Shown here in pieces: positions 36,630 to 49,486 of a stretch of DNA of 64,000 nt. This stretch comes from Octopus sinensis. Lineage: Eukaryota. Below the pieces are notes generated by a model, which saw nothing but the letters and a program-made list of their open reading frames with translations, did not search any database and had not been told where the DNA came from. The number at the start of each line of letters is the position of its first letter. The stretch's first letter is position 1. The position numbers were made by a program, and so were the translations under genes. Where the stretch lies: the NCBI RefSeq assembly GCF_006345805.1, contig NC_043002.1, positions 39,866,001-39,930,000 on the forward strand. The letters run 5' to 3'.

Positions 36630-36855
36630 AGTGAGTGTTTATTGAGTGAAAACACCTAAAGCCCCATGAGGCTCTTGTAGGAGATGGTGGCAATCCCTGC
36701 TATACTTTTTCGCCACAACTTTCTCTCACTCTTTCTTCTGTTGGCCTGCTTGCTTAGCCAGCATCATTTGAAGGCTAAAACAATGCGAAGCGCATTGTGA
36801 CCAGCGATGTGTAGCAACATCTGATAGCCTGGTCAGTCACGGTGATCACGGTGAT
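36630..36855 (+). mobile_element. SINE family E partial (also 51487-51720 head, 52165-52330 tail)
   Basis: Shared gtgagtgtttattgag..cacaactttctctcactc..gaaggctaaaacaatgcgaag..gtcacggtgat. Confidence 0.8.
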
Positions 36856-36961
36856 ATATATACACACACACATATATATATATGCATATATATGTGTGTG
36901 TGTGTGTAGGTGTGTATATATATATACATACATGTATCTATATATATGTATAAATATGTAT

Positions 36962-36995
<34 letters not shown>

Positions 36996-37129
36996 TGGAA
37001 AATGTGTGAGATCTTTGGTACAGTTAGGTATGATTAACAAAGAAAAAGAATGACTTAAACTGGTAGTTCTAATTTGCATTATTTATTATTTTTTTATTTT
37101 TTAATAATATAAATTTTAGTTCAAAAAAT

Positions 37130-37600
37130 TAAAAAAGAATATATTAAACTGATTAGAACTACCAGTGAAGTCATTCTTTCGTTTTCAAATATATATATAT
37201 ATATATAATATATATATATAATGTGTGTATGGGGGGGGGGCATGCACTGTGAAGTTACATTAGGCTGTAGGGACATCATGCTGAAAACAAATTCAAATTC
37301 ATTTAACACATCAAGAAAATCATTAGTAGAGCCTATACTTCACATAAGAAATCTCCATTTAATGAATCACCTAATATTTTAAAAGTACTTCCACAGCTTA
37401 CAATAGTAAGATTTTCTATTCTTCAGTAACTGTTTGCTCAATCGTTTAATAATTAAATCTCTTAGCCATGGACACAGTGCAATTCCATGTGTAAGAAATG
37501 GACCTCAGACTCCTTGATAAACAATGAAGAATTTAGTCAGTTAAATCTTCATCCCAAGCTTCATCCTAGTACAACTCTTGTAGACCTATTATGGATATGA
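37130..37600 (-). mobile_element. Very old LINE RT fragment
   Basis: Weak translations (IVYQGV / ALCPWL; LNEFEFVFSMMSLQPNV) resembling the RT motif B-D region. Confidence 0.3.
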
Positions 37601-38540
37601 GCCTGTGTGTTTATTATTTATTCATAATTCACTCTGTATTAGTAATCCAGTAATTATTGGCTAATTGCCTGATTCCATCAACTCAGTCATCCATGGCATC
37701 TTTATTCCTGTCTGTCTTAATATAAATAAACTCAGAAAGATAAAGGGAGGAAGGAGATAGAGAGGGGAGAGAGAAATAGAGAGAGAGGGAAAGGAAAGGA
37801 AAATAGAGAGAGGGAGACAAGGTAAGAGAATCAGAAGAAAGGTAGAGATAGGGAAGAAAACAGAGAATATTAGTTTTTGTAGGTGTTTACATCCTGAAAA
37901 CAATATTTTGGATGGTAGGGCAGTAGGAGAAGGAGCATGTGATGGAAAGTACAAGATGTTTACTCAAGTAAAAACAAAATACCTTTAAAAAAACCCAAAA
38001 GTGTCCTTCTTATTATTTATCAGAAAAATAATTAGTATTTCTACACCTTTGTAATTATTTCCTTCAGAACAATAAAATATCAAATTGCTTCAATTACCGC
38101 AAGTGTCTCTGTAATCCATCAAAGAGAAACTGGTGCCAGCTAGAATAACATTGAAAGGTTGATAACAATCACTGCTGACGTGTTTTATTGTCTGAACAAC
38201 CACTGAGTGGCATGAATGATGAGTTGGAACAGTCCACATAGAAATAAGAAATGCATATGTCTTGTCTGCATGCATGTGCATGTGTGTGTGTGTGTGTGCG
38301 TGGGTGGGTGTAACTGTATGTATTTGTGTATGTGCATTTATAAATATGTGTATATATTCTTGTGTGTTTTTTGAAAGAACAAGGCTTTCACATGCAGAAT
38401 GAAGTACTCAGTACTTCAAGAAATAGTGTTATTTTATTGGCAGCAATTAAGATGCAAACATAATCTCTATGGACTGAAACAGGAGTTCCTCTGTAAACTA
38501 GCTAACAATAAAATAATATAATATTATATATATGTATATA

Positions 38541-38815
38541 CTAGCTGGTGTACCTGGTAATTCTCGGGGTAAAGATATTCTATTGAAACGCCTTATTACT
38601 CTGATATAAAAAAGCAATTTTGTTATAACTGCCACAAAAGGTGCATTTTCCATCATGAAAATCTACGAAAAACTGTCAGCTGGAGAAGGGAGAGATTGTT
38701 GGAGGCTGGCGAGAGAGTACTCTGACTTGTCATGGCATTTTAAAGGTGAACTTTATGAAGGCTAATTTATTAAAGGTAATATATAAATGTAGTATATATG
38801 TATATAAATATATGA
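38541..38815 (-). mobile_element. Degenerate non-autonomous Helitron-like element
   Basis: Minus strand ends ccccgagaattaccaggtacaccagCTAG|t (degenerate hairpin plus CTAG before T); TC-ATAT-rich putative 5' end near 38815. Confidence 0.4.
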
Positions 38816-39914
38816 ATGAAGTGTTTAATGTTTAAGAATGAAATGAAGAAAGTGCAATGATAATGTTCATACTCACTGAGGGACACTCTCAGTAACTGTC
38901 TTGTTTTTATAACTGGGAAAAGTTGATGGGAGTGATATTGAAGAGAAACAGCTGTGTTTTACATCCTCTGTTAGAAAACTCACCCAAATCAAGTTCTCTG
39001 TAACCTTTTTGTCAATTTTACTAAGTGATATTAATATTACTAGCACTAACCAACATCAGTCTCTTTGGATTCTGTCTGATCACACACATATATATATATA
39101 TGATTTGGAGGAAATTTGGCTCATTATTTCTAATTTGAGTAGACCTTTGATGAAAGCATTCCATGCATCCTTGTGTGTATCAGGAATTACATTCTCTAAT
39201 GTATCCATAGAGTTTGAAGAAGAATGGGTGTGATTTATGTGAGTTTGGGCTGCTTTTTTAACAGACCAGCTAACCATGCTGGAGATACCCTTAATCATTG
39301 TTTTTTAGCACTAAGTTAGCTAAAATTAAAATAATGTGTCTGTTTTCCTATTTAAGCATCACAAAGCACTAAACATCACTTCAAACTTTAAAAAGAAAAT
39401 CCTTAAAAATCATATTAGCTCTCCTCAAAAATTCAACAAAAATTAATTCTAATGAACGACAGTGTCTCTAATTCCACTGGAAACCCATTACCCACTTAGC
39501 CTTCAGATTAATCTGTCAAATATAATGCTTATTTATTCACATTGTTTTTAATTAATCATGTATTATCTCACGGCTTTGAGATTTCCATAATGTGATAGCT
39601 TATTTTTAAAATGACATTGTTAGGTATTAGATGGGTAGGTGTTAGAAGTAAGATCTGACCAATTTGAACATAAAACAGGTAGAAAGTTTTTTGCCTGGAT
39701 GTGGCCAGTTTAAATGCTAAAGGGTTAAACATTGGAACCACTCCTGTGTTAGGCTTCCACTTTCTGTTTGCAGCTATTTACATTCTCATTCCTTGGTTTT
39801 GTTTCTTGTCATTCTTAAACAAAGTACTCTTTGTTGACTGTCTGGCCAGAGGGGGAAATGATAGATGTAGATGGTGCCCTTGCTGTCAAAAAAGAGGATC
39901 ATCATGAGCTTCCC

Positions 39915-40150
39915 AGTAGACTTGCTCTACATGGCCTCTCGTGCCAGTGAAAAACAGATACTTGTCTCATATAAATTAATCCATAAGCAGTTTGGGGCTT
40001 CTCATAAGTTTCTGTAGCCTTTTTTCCCAGTTTAACATTAAACTTTATTGCATAGTGAGTTTCCAAATGGTCTTCATGTGCCGACTGCATTCTGCAAACT
40101 AGTCACGTGTGAAAAGCAGTGCTTAGTAGGATGTGTTCAAAGTACTGTTC
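39915..40150 (-). pseudogene. Mariner transposase N-terminal (HTH) fragment
   Basis: ETHYAIKFNVKLGKKATETYEKPQTAYG..VSVFHWH. Confidence 0.75.
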
Positions 40151-40257
40151 ACCCGTCTCCTACAATCTCAAATAATAAAATTTGGCAGGTCTGTTTAATA
40201 GATGTGTAACAATGATATAGGCGCATGGCACAGTGAAGCCATGGCTCTGTGGTTAGA

Positions 40258-40590
40258 AGGCGCATGGCTCAGTGGTTAGAGCATCGAACTTACAACCATA
40301 AGGTAGTGAGTTTGAATCCCAGACCGAGCTGTGTGTTGTGTTCTTGAACAAGACACTTTATTTCATGATGCTCCAGTTCGCTCAGCTGTAGCAATGAGTT
40401 GTGACATCACTGGTGCCAAGCTGTATCGGCCTTTGCCTTTCCCTTGGATGACATCGGTGGTGTGGAGAGGGGAGGCTGGTATGCATGGGTGACTGTTAAT
40501 CTTCCATAAACAACCTTGCCCGGAATTGTGCCTTGGAGGGTAACTTTCTAGGTGCAATCCCATGGTCATTTGTGACAGAAGGGGGTCTCC
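40258..40590 (+). mobile_element. SINE family D (with a partial duplicated head at 40220-40257)
   Basis: ggcgcatggctcagtggttagagcatcg...tgtgttcttgaacaagacactttatttc...gacagaaggggg. Confidence 0.88.
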
Positions 40591-40691
40591 GAGTAATGAT
40601 ATACTAAAATTATAATAATCTAGGACAGTTATAACTGCCACTCCTAAATAAATCTCAAAACTTCCGGATGCACCTCATATATATGCATATA

Positions 40692-40733
<42 letters not shown>

Positions 40734-40772
40734 GTGTGTGTGTGTGTGTGGTGTGTGTGTGTGTGTGTGTGT

Positions 40773-40815
<43 letters not shown>

Positions 40816-41407
40816 ATGTGTGCGTGTGTGTTGCTATCTCTGCTTTTGACTTCTCATTGTTGCAAATGAGTGCCACTGACATGCAAATAGCATCCTTTGT
40901 TTCCATTCTTCTGTGAAAAGATGTCTGGTCATGGGGAAATATCACCTTACTTGGAAACAGGTGAAGGCTGGCAACAGGAAGGACATGGAGCAGCAGAAAA
41001 TCTGCCTGAACAAATTCTGTCATACGCATACAAAAGTGAACATTAATTAATATAATAATAACAATGATGGCAATGATGATGATGGCAATGACGATGATGA
41101 TGATGAACACAGAGACTGAAGGAAAAATACTTCAGAGGAGTGTCCTGCATGCTAAATACAAATATGGCACAATCTCACATCTGTAATATGGTGAGTAGAA
41201 AAACTGGTTGTTTTTGACAAATAAGTGCTAGCAGAATTGTCATGTGGTTTGCATTACAATTTGCAAAACAGTAAAATGATGAACATTTGGGGCAAATGCT
41301 TCTACCATAGTTGGCCTGTATCTTATGGGTGAAATTTAGCTGATGAAAACAATGCAAAAGCCATTGCATACACACAGCACATACACTTATACAAGTATGT
41401 GCATATA

Positions 41408-41620
41408 CAGGGTGGCCCAAAAGTAGGTTTATAGTTATCACATAAGTACTTTAAATTTCTTTTAAAACATTTTATTACATTTAAATTTCTATCTTACAAT
41501 TAACTAAATTAGCATAGAATAATGGTTTCATATTTTTTTCATAATTAAGATCTAAACTGTTAATATATGAATGTGAAAGAAATAGTTGAATAACTGTAAA
41601 CCTACTTTTGGGCCACCCTG
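41408..41620. mobile_element. Tc1/mariner-type MITE (213 bp)
   Basis: TIR cagggtggcccaaaagtaggttta(t/c)agtta; TA at 41406-41407 and 41621-41622. Confidence 0.9.
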
Positions 41621-41674
41621 TATATGTGTGTGTGTGTGTGTATCTATGTATATATGTATGTATAAATATATCAA

Positions 41675-41713
<39 letters not shown>

Positions 41714-42554
41714 TTAACATCCATTTTCCATACTGGCAATGGGTTTAGCTTTATATACATATATATGTAGGTGTGTACATATATGTATGTATATATGCAT
41801 ATATTTATATATTATTTATATTATTATATGATCGAACGTCACACATCCTTTTCCAAGTAAGCTTTATCTTATATATATACATATATATACATATATCTTT
41901 TACTTGTCTCAGCCTTTGGACTGCTGCCATGCTGGAGTGCGACCTTGAAAGGTTTAGTCAAACAAATCAACCCCAGTAATTATCTTTAATCCTAGTACTT
42001 ATTCTAGTGGTCTCTTTTTGTTGAACATCTAAATTACAGGGATGTAAACAAACCAACACTGTTTATCAAGCAGTGGTGGGGGACAAATACAATGACACAC
42101 ACATTCACACATACATGTGTGTGTGTGACAGGCTGCTTTCAATTTCCATCTACCAAATCCAGCTTACAAGCCTTTAGTTGGCCTGAGACTATAATGATCA
42201 CATGGTCAGGAAGCATGCAAATGTCCGTGTGGTGTATGTGTGTATGTGTGTGTGTGTGTCAGTGTGTGTGTGTGATTGATGTGCGTATACCAGTTTAGAG
42301 TAGTGCTTCAACCAATAATTCCTTGTAGTACTGCATTATGTTCCCTTGCACCAAGGAAGATTTAGTCATTCGATAAGTAGAGATAAATAAAGTAAGTACC
42401 ATACTAAAAAAAAAGTACTGGGGAAATCAATAGATATAATTAACTTAGAACCTCTGAAAGAGTTGCTCCAGTATGGTCATGTTCCAAAATACAGAAACCA
42501 CTAAGAGAAGTAAAAACTATGGAGAATGACAAGAATGTTAATATATTTTAACTA

Positions 42555-42880
42555 ATAGGTAAAGATCCCCCTTCGGTCATGAATGATCATGGGATTGCAT
42601 CTAGAAAGTTACCTTCCATGGCACAAGTCTGGAAGACCAGCAGTCACTGATGCATACCATCCTCCCCTCTCCATACCACTGATGTTATCCAAGAGAAAGG
42701 CAAAGGCTGATACAGCTTGGCACCAATGATGTCACAACTCATTTCTACAGCTGAGTGAACTGGACAACATGAAATAAAGTGTCTTGCTCAAGAACACAAC
42801 ACGCAGCCCAGTCTGGGAATCAAACTCACTACCTCATAGTTGTGAGCCCGATGCTCTAACCACTGAGCCATGTGCCTTCT
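42555..42880 (-). mobile_element. SINE family D
   Basis: Homologous to 1926-2268. Confidence 0.88.
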
Positions 42881-44329
42881 TCTTAGCAAATAATGTTACT
42901 GTATATAGAGACCTTTTTAGGGCTGTGTGTGTTTCTCCTTATTGTTTTGCTGACAGTTTCAGCCTTCATCCTACATGAGGCAGGAGATAGTAGGACTACA
43001 TTATTGATGCCCTACAAGGGATAATAAACCAGTTAAGTATTTTAGGCCACACTAGTTAGTCAGCTCTGATGGATGGCTCATATCTTATTCATGGAAAGCT
43101 CAAGAATGACGAAATCAATATTAATGGTTGGGAAATGTGCCATGGAAACTTGAGATAATGCGAGTTCTGAAAATCCAGTGATAGTTGATGCTGTTATTTT
43201 TCTTGTTCTTGTTGTTGTTTAGCTAGACAGACCTGTTTTTTATTTTATTTTCTTCTGTTATAATTTCATTCATATCTAGAATTTTGTAGATGGAAACAGT
43301 ATGAAATCTGTTGTGTGTGTTTCAGTCTGTGAGAGGGAGAGAGAGAGAGAGAGTTTACATTCTGCACTTTCTATGACAAAGCTCTGTGTTAGAAAGCTCT
43401 GTTAGGAATGTCCTTCCCTATCAGCAAATTGTTTGCTAACTCTGTGTTTTCAATGATGTGTTAATTAAAAAAAAAATTAAAATCAGGTGAGGGTTAGCAA
43501 CAGGAAGAGCATCTAGCTATAAAACAATACTGCAATAGCATGTATTCATCTAACCCAGGCTAGCATGGAAAAACGAATGTAAAATGAACAAAGCATTATA
43601 GGAATATTAAATTGACTTTACTACTTTATTTTAGTAACCCTGGAAGAATGAAGGGCAAAGTTGATCCCAGTAGGATTTGAACTCAAAACATAAAGTGCTA
43701 CAACAATATACAGCATGCATTTAGTAGGATGTTCTCAACATTTTGCCTATCTATAGGCTTTCCAATCATGATCATCATGAGCATGAAGGCTTTCTGTGTA
43801 TACAAGATTATACTATCCAAATGTATCCTCCTTTGGATTGAGAGAAATTTAAGGGCTGTTTCAAGCAAATTGAGCAGTCAGCTAGAGTAGTAACAGAAAG
43901 GACTCTCTTATCACTGTCTTATCATTATGGGGCTTTTAAGCAAAGCAAGGCACTCCTACTTATATTATTCTTTTAACATCACTTGTTAGGAGTGCATCTG
44001 TCCTGAAAATAAAATGAATCATTAAATCTATAACTTCATGAATTTGCAACTTACATTAAATTACTGTATAGGTTCTAAAGCTTAAAACAATCACAGGTTG
44101 AACCTCCTTGTTTCAGTGACCTAAGGAACTGGTTATTATGAAACTAAAAAAAATTCCAGACAACACTTTTTAGCACTGACATCATCTGCTGTACCGTTTA
44201 GTCCCTTGAATGACATCATGAAGGGCCAAAATACAGTGAAATATATGAAATTAATAGGACTGTGTCACAGACACTCAGTTGGTAGTTCCAGTGTAAACAT
44301 TAACAAGTGTGACACCTTACAGCACCACC

Positions 44330-44620
44330 CCAGTAGTAGATCTACAAACTAATGGTGGCAGATTGAAAACATGGTGGAATAAGGGAGTCACCAGATCACA
44401 AAATGCTAGAGGTTCAACTTGCATTTTCTATTTTTGTAATGGGGTTTTAGAGACATTTTCCATTACATTGCTGACAGGTTCAGCACTGTGTTGCTGAAAC
44501 AGAAATATTGTTATAGTAAATATTCTGCTCAATGTCACAGATTTGCTTGGCAAAACCAGTATGCCCCTTAGTGGCCGACAATCTGTGCATTTCTGATCAT
44601 GAGCACACATAGCTATGTGT
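44330..44620 (+). mobile_element. Ancient RTE-like fragment
   Basis: GGRLKTWWNKGVT.. resembles the FGRL..VW..KGI thumb region of RTE ORFs; heavily decayed. Confidence 0.3.
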
Positions 44621-44799
44621 TGAGAGGGATTCTTTGGGGTTTGAGTAAATATAAGAAAAGCAAAGTTTGAAGGAAATATTAGGGGTAAGCATGTAGGAAA
44701 TCAGTAGCTATGACCAAGGACAAAAATTGTGTTACATAGTATTATCAGTTTCAGTCAAAGGCTGTCACCACGCCAGGGCGCCACCATAAAAAAGGATTG

Positions 44800-45213
44800 G
44801 GATCTTTTCGGTTTGAACGGCAGTTTTTAACATTATTTCTAGGTAACTAAAAAATTTTAAATTTCGTATACTGGTAGAATGTGTTTATAAAACATCTTTT
44901 TCTCTTGTCTTTATTGAGAAAATTCTATAGTTTGTAAGATATTTGTTGTTTTTTTCTTCAATTTCTGCAATTTAAACAAATCAGTGGTGTCTCTTGAGTT
45001 AAAAAGCATTCTGTGCCGTATGAGTATGTCCCTCGTTTAAGAAACAGATTGGGTTTATTTACATTTGTGAAGAAAAAAGATACCCTTCCCCCACCCCTAA
45101 CCCCAACCCTAAAAGAGATTGAAATGCAATAGATCGATTCTAGGGTCATAATTATGGGTGACAATTTCATTTGACACCGCTAGAAAAAACTGCCGTTCAA
45201 ACCGAAAAGATCC
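44800..45213. mobile_element. MITE with perfect 29-bp TIRs and 8-bp TSD; contains a short CCCTAA-like tract
   Basis: ggatcttttcggtttgaacggcagttttt (44800-44828 / 45185-45213); TSD aaggattg / aaagattg. Confidence 0.9.
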
Positions 45214-45264
45214 AAAGATTGCTTCCCCAACAGGGTTTCCTGCATGACAGACAGGAATATTTAC

Positions 45265-45302
45265 CTCTGTACTCCTGAGGATTGGCAAGAAGTACATTGC
45301 AT
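45265..45302 (-). other. Candidate coding end of a first exon (MYFLPILRSTE or MQCTSCQSSGVQ) with donor GAG|gtaaat
   Basis: ATGs at 45302 and 45297, donor at 45264, upstream unique sequence; no downstream exon identified. Confidence 0.2.
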
Positions 45303-46419
45303 CAGAGTGTAAAATTTCACCAGATGGAAAAAAAGGTTTCCTACTCTGAAATAGAAACTGCTTTGTTGGTGCTCCTCAGATGGCCATCACCACTGACACA
45401 CAAATTGCAGTACTAACACAACAGTGATCTCCTTCCCGTTTTTTTTCTTTCCACTAGTTTTGATGCTATAACCAACAGAAGTTACAAAATAAATAACTAA
45501 CGGGTATCACTGAATGAACCACAAACTACACTGTAAAATATATTAGTCTTAACGCATTTTATTTATTTATTTATTGCTTTACATCTGTGCTTTTAATGTA
45601 ACTCCCCCCCCCCCGCCTCTCTCAGCAAAAACAGAATTTTTCACACAAAATATGTCAGCTAATCTGTGAGACCTAGTAAGAACTGGTATAAGCCAGCTGA
45701 ACAATGGTTTTTGTCAGAACGCTCTGGTTTAAAAGTGAAGGACACTTCATTTCGTTTTTCTTTTTTTTTTCTAACACATTCTTGTATCACAACTTGTGGT
45801 GTGGGGTTGGGGTAAAAAAAAAGTGGGGGAAACCAACGTAAGAGTAAAATGAAAATACAAGAGGTGTGAAAATTTAATTGATAAAGACCACAGCGCAAAA
45901 ACCCGTTTCTTTTCATCTTTTTCTTTTAATTCTCATGTTTATCTCTTTCTCTCTTTTATTTTCTCTTTATACTGTGTGTGTGTGTATGCACGTGTGTGTG
46001 TGTACGTGTGTGTGTAATGTAGATAAACAGACAGACGGACAGTCAGTCAGATATAGATATGTATACGATATTCCTTTCACCATACCGCAGTTTAATTGTA
46101 ACTAAAAAAGGACTAAAAATAGAAGTGATGCCACCTTCTTTTTAAATTGATTGTACAAACGAAGGTGACAAGAAGAACAGAGAGCGTGTGGGGGGGGGGA
46201 CAAAAAAAAAGAAGGGAGAAGAAGAAAATAAAGAAAAAAAGCAGGGAAAGTTCATGTTTTGAAAGACCATTTTGGAAATGTTATACAGAATAAACTGAAA
46301 ATATGTGTATGTGTGCGTATGTGCGTGTGCATGTGGTATGCGTGTATATGTGTGAGTGTATACGCGTGTGAACGTGTGTGATGTATGCATGTCTATAATT
46401 CTTCGTGTACATGCATGTA

Positions 46420-47301
46420 CGTCTGATCAATAAGTATCCGGATTGTTGCTATAGTAAAGCAGTTAAAGCACGGAGAGTGAGAGCTTGGCACAGATTTGGA
46501 CTCGAACACTGCTGTGTATACGCAGTGTACACTGCTTGAACACTGCTGTGTATAGCTCACGTCCGCCGTTTACAGCCGTGTTTGGAAGGAAAGTGTGTAG
46601 CGTGTGATTGTTGTATTGAAAATGACAAAGAAATTTAAGCAGAGAATCTGCATCAAATTTTCCCAAAAGCTTGGCGATACCTGCCTACGCAAAGTTTTCA
46701 TCATTCTCAACAAAATCAAGGAAATTTTGTGCAACTGAAACCTGAGTGTCCTTTTGGTCAGCTGAAAGCAGTTTTGGTACAAACTTGGCAGACACACGTC
46801 TCGTACCCAAATCTTCAGTGATAATGGACTGAACTGAACTGTAACTAATCTGCACATCCTCTGATAACTCATGGATGGTGATTCGACGATTTCCTCTCAC
46901 AGCAACATGCTGATTTGCGATGTTTTTCTCAGTTCTGCTGGTTGTGGGTCTCCGAGAACGTTCATCAATGTCAACATTTTTCAGCCATCTTGGAAACGTC
47001 TAAACCACTCATACACTTGTGTGCTGCTCATACACTCCTCTCTATACACTTTCTGCAGCTTTGCATAGGCCTCTGAGCAGGTATTGCCATGACAACTTTC
47101 TCTGTCATTGTCAATGCAATGATCACACGCTACACACCTTCCTTCCAACCACTGCTGTAAACAGCGGAAGTGAGCTAGAATGTTAAAACTTAGTGTGCAT
47201 GTACAGCAAAGTTCAAAGTCAATTTGTGTCAAGCGGCTTCACTCTACATGCTTTAGCTCATTGCTGTGGCTACAGTCCGGATACTTATTGATCAGACCTT
47301 G
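46420..47301. mobile_element. Mariner derivative made of two left (5') halves in inverted orientation
   Basis: TIR tctgatcaataagtatccgga at both ends with TA flanks. Plus arm encodes MTKKFKQRICIKFSQKLGDTC; minus arm encodes ..SEAYAKLQKVY..VYEWFRRF..RRITIHELS..VSAKFVPKLL. Junction microhomology aaagtt at 46691-46696. Confidence 0.85.
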
Positions 47302-47493
47302 TATGCAGCACAATTAAAGAGAATGTCAGCCCTGCTATTTACCAGATAGACCAAATTACAGAGAACATTTCTCTACATTGTAAATGTTAGGGTTAGGGTG
47401 TGTGTGTGTGTGTGTGTGTGTGCTATAATAAGCTCTGTAATACAGTGACTCTTAAATTGATAAAAACTAGGGTCTCCACAAAATAAAATCGCC

Positions 47494-47524
<31 letters not shown>

Positions 47525-47900
47525 CCATCATCATTCAATGTCCACTTTTCCATGTTTGGATGGGTCGGATGGAATGTCATGGTGGATTTTCTATGGCTAG
47601 ATGCCCTTCCTGTCAGCAACCCTTGTCACCAAGTAAGGTAATATTTCCCCTTGACCAGGCATGTTTTTACAGAAGATTGGAAATTAGGGACACTGCTTGT
47701 ATGGCAATGACATTCATTAACAACTATCAAGACAAAGATCCAAACAGTAACACACACATATCCATTATACACACACACACATATATATATATACATACAC
47801 ACACACACACATATGTATACACACACATATATATGCAACAGCTTCTTTCTTTTTATGTCTTCTAGATCCACTCACAAGGACTTTTGTTGGCCCTGGGATT

Positions 47901-48052
47901 TTACTGGCGTTAGGAAGGGCATCCAGCCGTAGAAACACTGCCAGATCTGACTGGGCCTGACGAAGCCTTCCAGCTTCACAGACCCCAGTTGACCCGTCCA
48001 ACCCATGCTAGCATGGAAAACGGACGCTAAACGATGATGATGATGATGATGT
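47901..48052 (+). mobile_element. RTE 3' end nested in a SINE B head (SINE at 47835-48130, minus)
   Basis: ggcgttaggaagggcatccagcc...ccatgctagcatgg(48003-48016)...gatgatgat. Confidence 0.85.
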
Positions 48053-48160
48053 GTCACACAGAGGGACTGAACCCAAAAGTGTGTGATTGGTAAGCAAACT
48101 TCTTACTACTCAGCCAATACCTGCACCTATATGTATATGAGAGAAACCATGCCTAAGTAT

Positions 48161-48393
48161 AAGGCGGAGAGCTGGCAGAAACGTTAGCACGCTGGGCAAA
48201 ATGCTTAGCGGTATTTCGTCTGCTGTTACATTCTGAGTTCAAATTCCGCCGAGGTCGACTTTGCCTCTCATCCTTTTGGGGTTCATAAATTAAGTACCAG
48301 TTACGTACTGGGGTCGATGTGATCGATTTAATCCCTTTGTCTGTCCTTGTTTGTCCCCGCTATGTTTAGCCCCTTGTGGGCAATAAAGAAATA
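48161..48393 (+). mobile_element. SINE family A monomer with 19-bp TSD
   Basis: agaaaccatgcctaagtat at 48142-48160 and 48394-48412. Confidence 0.95.
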
Positions 48394-49070
48394 AGAAACC
48401 ATGCCTAAGTATTACTGAAAATTTTTGCCTCAACCCCCATCCCCCACCTTTTTACTAATGAGAAGATGGAATAGAATTCACATCCTTATAATAAATCATT
48501 CTACTTCTTGCATAAGCTTAGAAAGTTTAGAACCATCTCAATGTTATTAAACATGGCAGCTTTTATTAAATTTTGATGGAAATAACTGAAGGAGGTGAGT
48601 GCTACATAATGAAATTATTACAGGATCTTGGAATATCAAGCCATGTTTTGGCTCATTGACAACACATTGTCCCTGACATATGTCATCCTGACAAAGATCT
48701 TATTTATTTATTTTTAATTGTATTTAAAATATATCATACTGGTTTAATCTTTTAGTATTCAAAGCATTTTGTCAAAGGTAATGCTTTTTTATTCACATTG
48801 TTTTGAATTAATTCTGCAGTCATGAGATTTTGATAAGGCAACTGTTAATTTTTAAAATGGTATTGTAGGGTTGGTGTGAGAGGACAGATCTGGCTAGTTT
48901 TGAACATAAACCAGGCAGAATATTTTGGCCAGATATGGCCGGTTTAAATGTTAAAGAGTTAAATATGTTTATAGTAATCAAATGTTTGTGTTACGCATTC
49001 GCTCACTCTCTCCATTGAATCAATGGCAGCCTCAACAGTTGCACAGTGTGCCACATGTTAGATATTGAAA

Positions 49071-49486
49071 GGCGGCAAGCTGGCAGAAATTTAGCATGCC
49101 GGGCGAAATACTTAGCGGTATTTCGTCTGCCGCTACGTTCTAAGTTCAAATTCCGCCGAGGTCGACTTTGCCTTTAATCCTTTCGGGATCGATTAAATAA
49201 GTACCAGTTATGCTCTGGGGTCGATGTAGTTGACTTAATCCATTTGTCTCTCCTTGTTTGTCTCCTCTGTGTTTAGCCCCTTGTGGGTAAAAAAGAAATA
49301 GGTATTTCGTCTGCCACTACGTTCTGAGTTCAAATTCCGCTGAAGTCGACTTTGCCTTTCATCCTTTCGAGGGGTCAATTAAATAAGTACCAGTTACGCA
49401 CTGAGGCCGATGTAATCGACTTAATACATTTGTCTGTCCTTGTTTGTCTCCTCTGTGTGTAGCCCCTTGTGGGCAGTAAAGAAATA
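49071..49486 (+). mobile_element. SINE family A dimer inside one 11-bp TSD
   Basis: TSD agatattgaaa at 49060-49070 and 49487-49497; ggtatttc at 49117 and 49301 (period 184). Confidence 0.95.

Noticed and set aside
36530-36630. CCAAGGA..TCCTTGG-GAAA segment as another hammerhead
   Set aside because: No valid CUGANGA box or stem I.
39080-39298. 72-aa minus-strand ORF (..MDTLENVIPDTHKDAWNAFIKG..) as an exon
   Set aside because: No convincing splice signals or recognisable homology; runs into microsatellite.
40258-40330. tRNA gene (also SINE heads at 21167, 51487, 50881)
   Set aside because: A/B boxes are present but there is no complete cloverleaf, and the sequence continues into SINE bodies.
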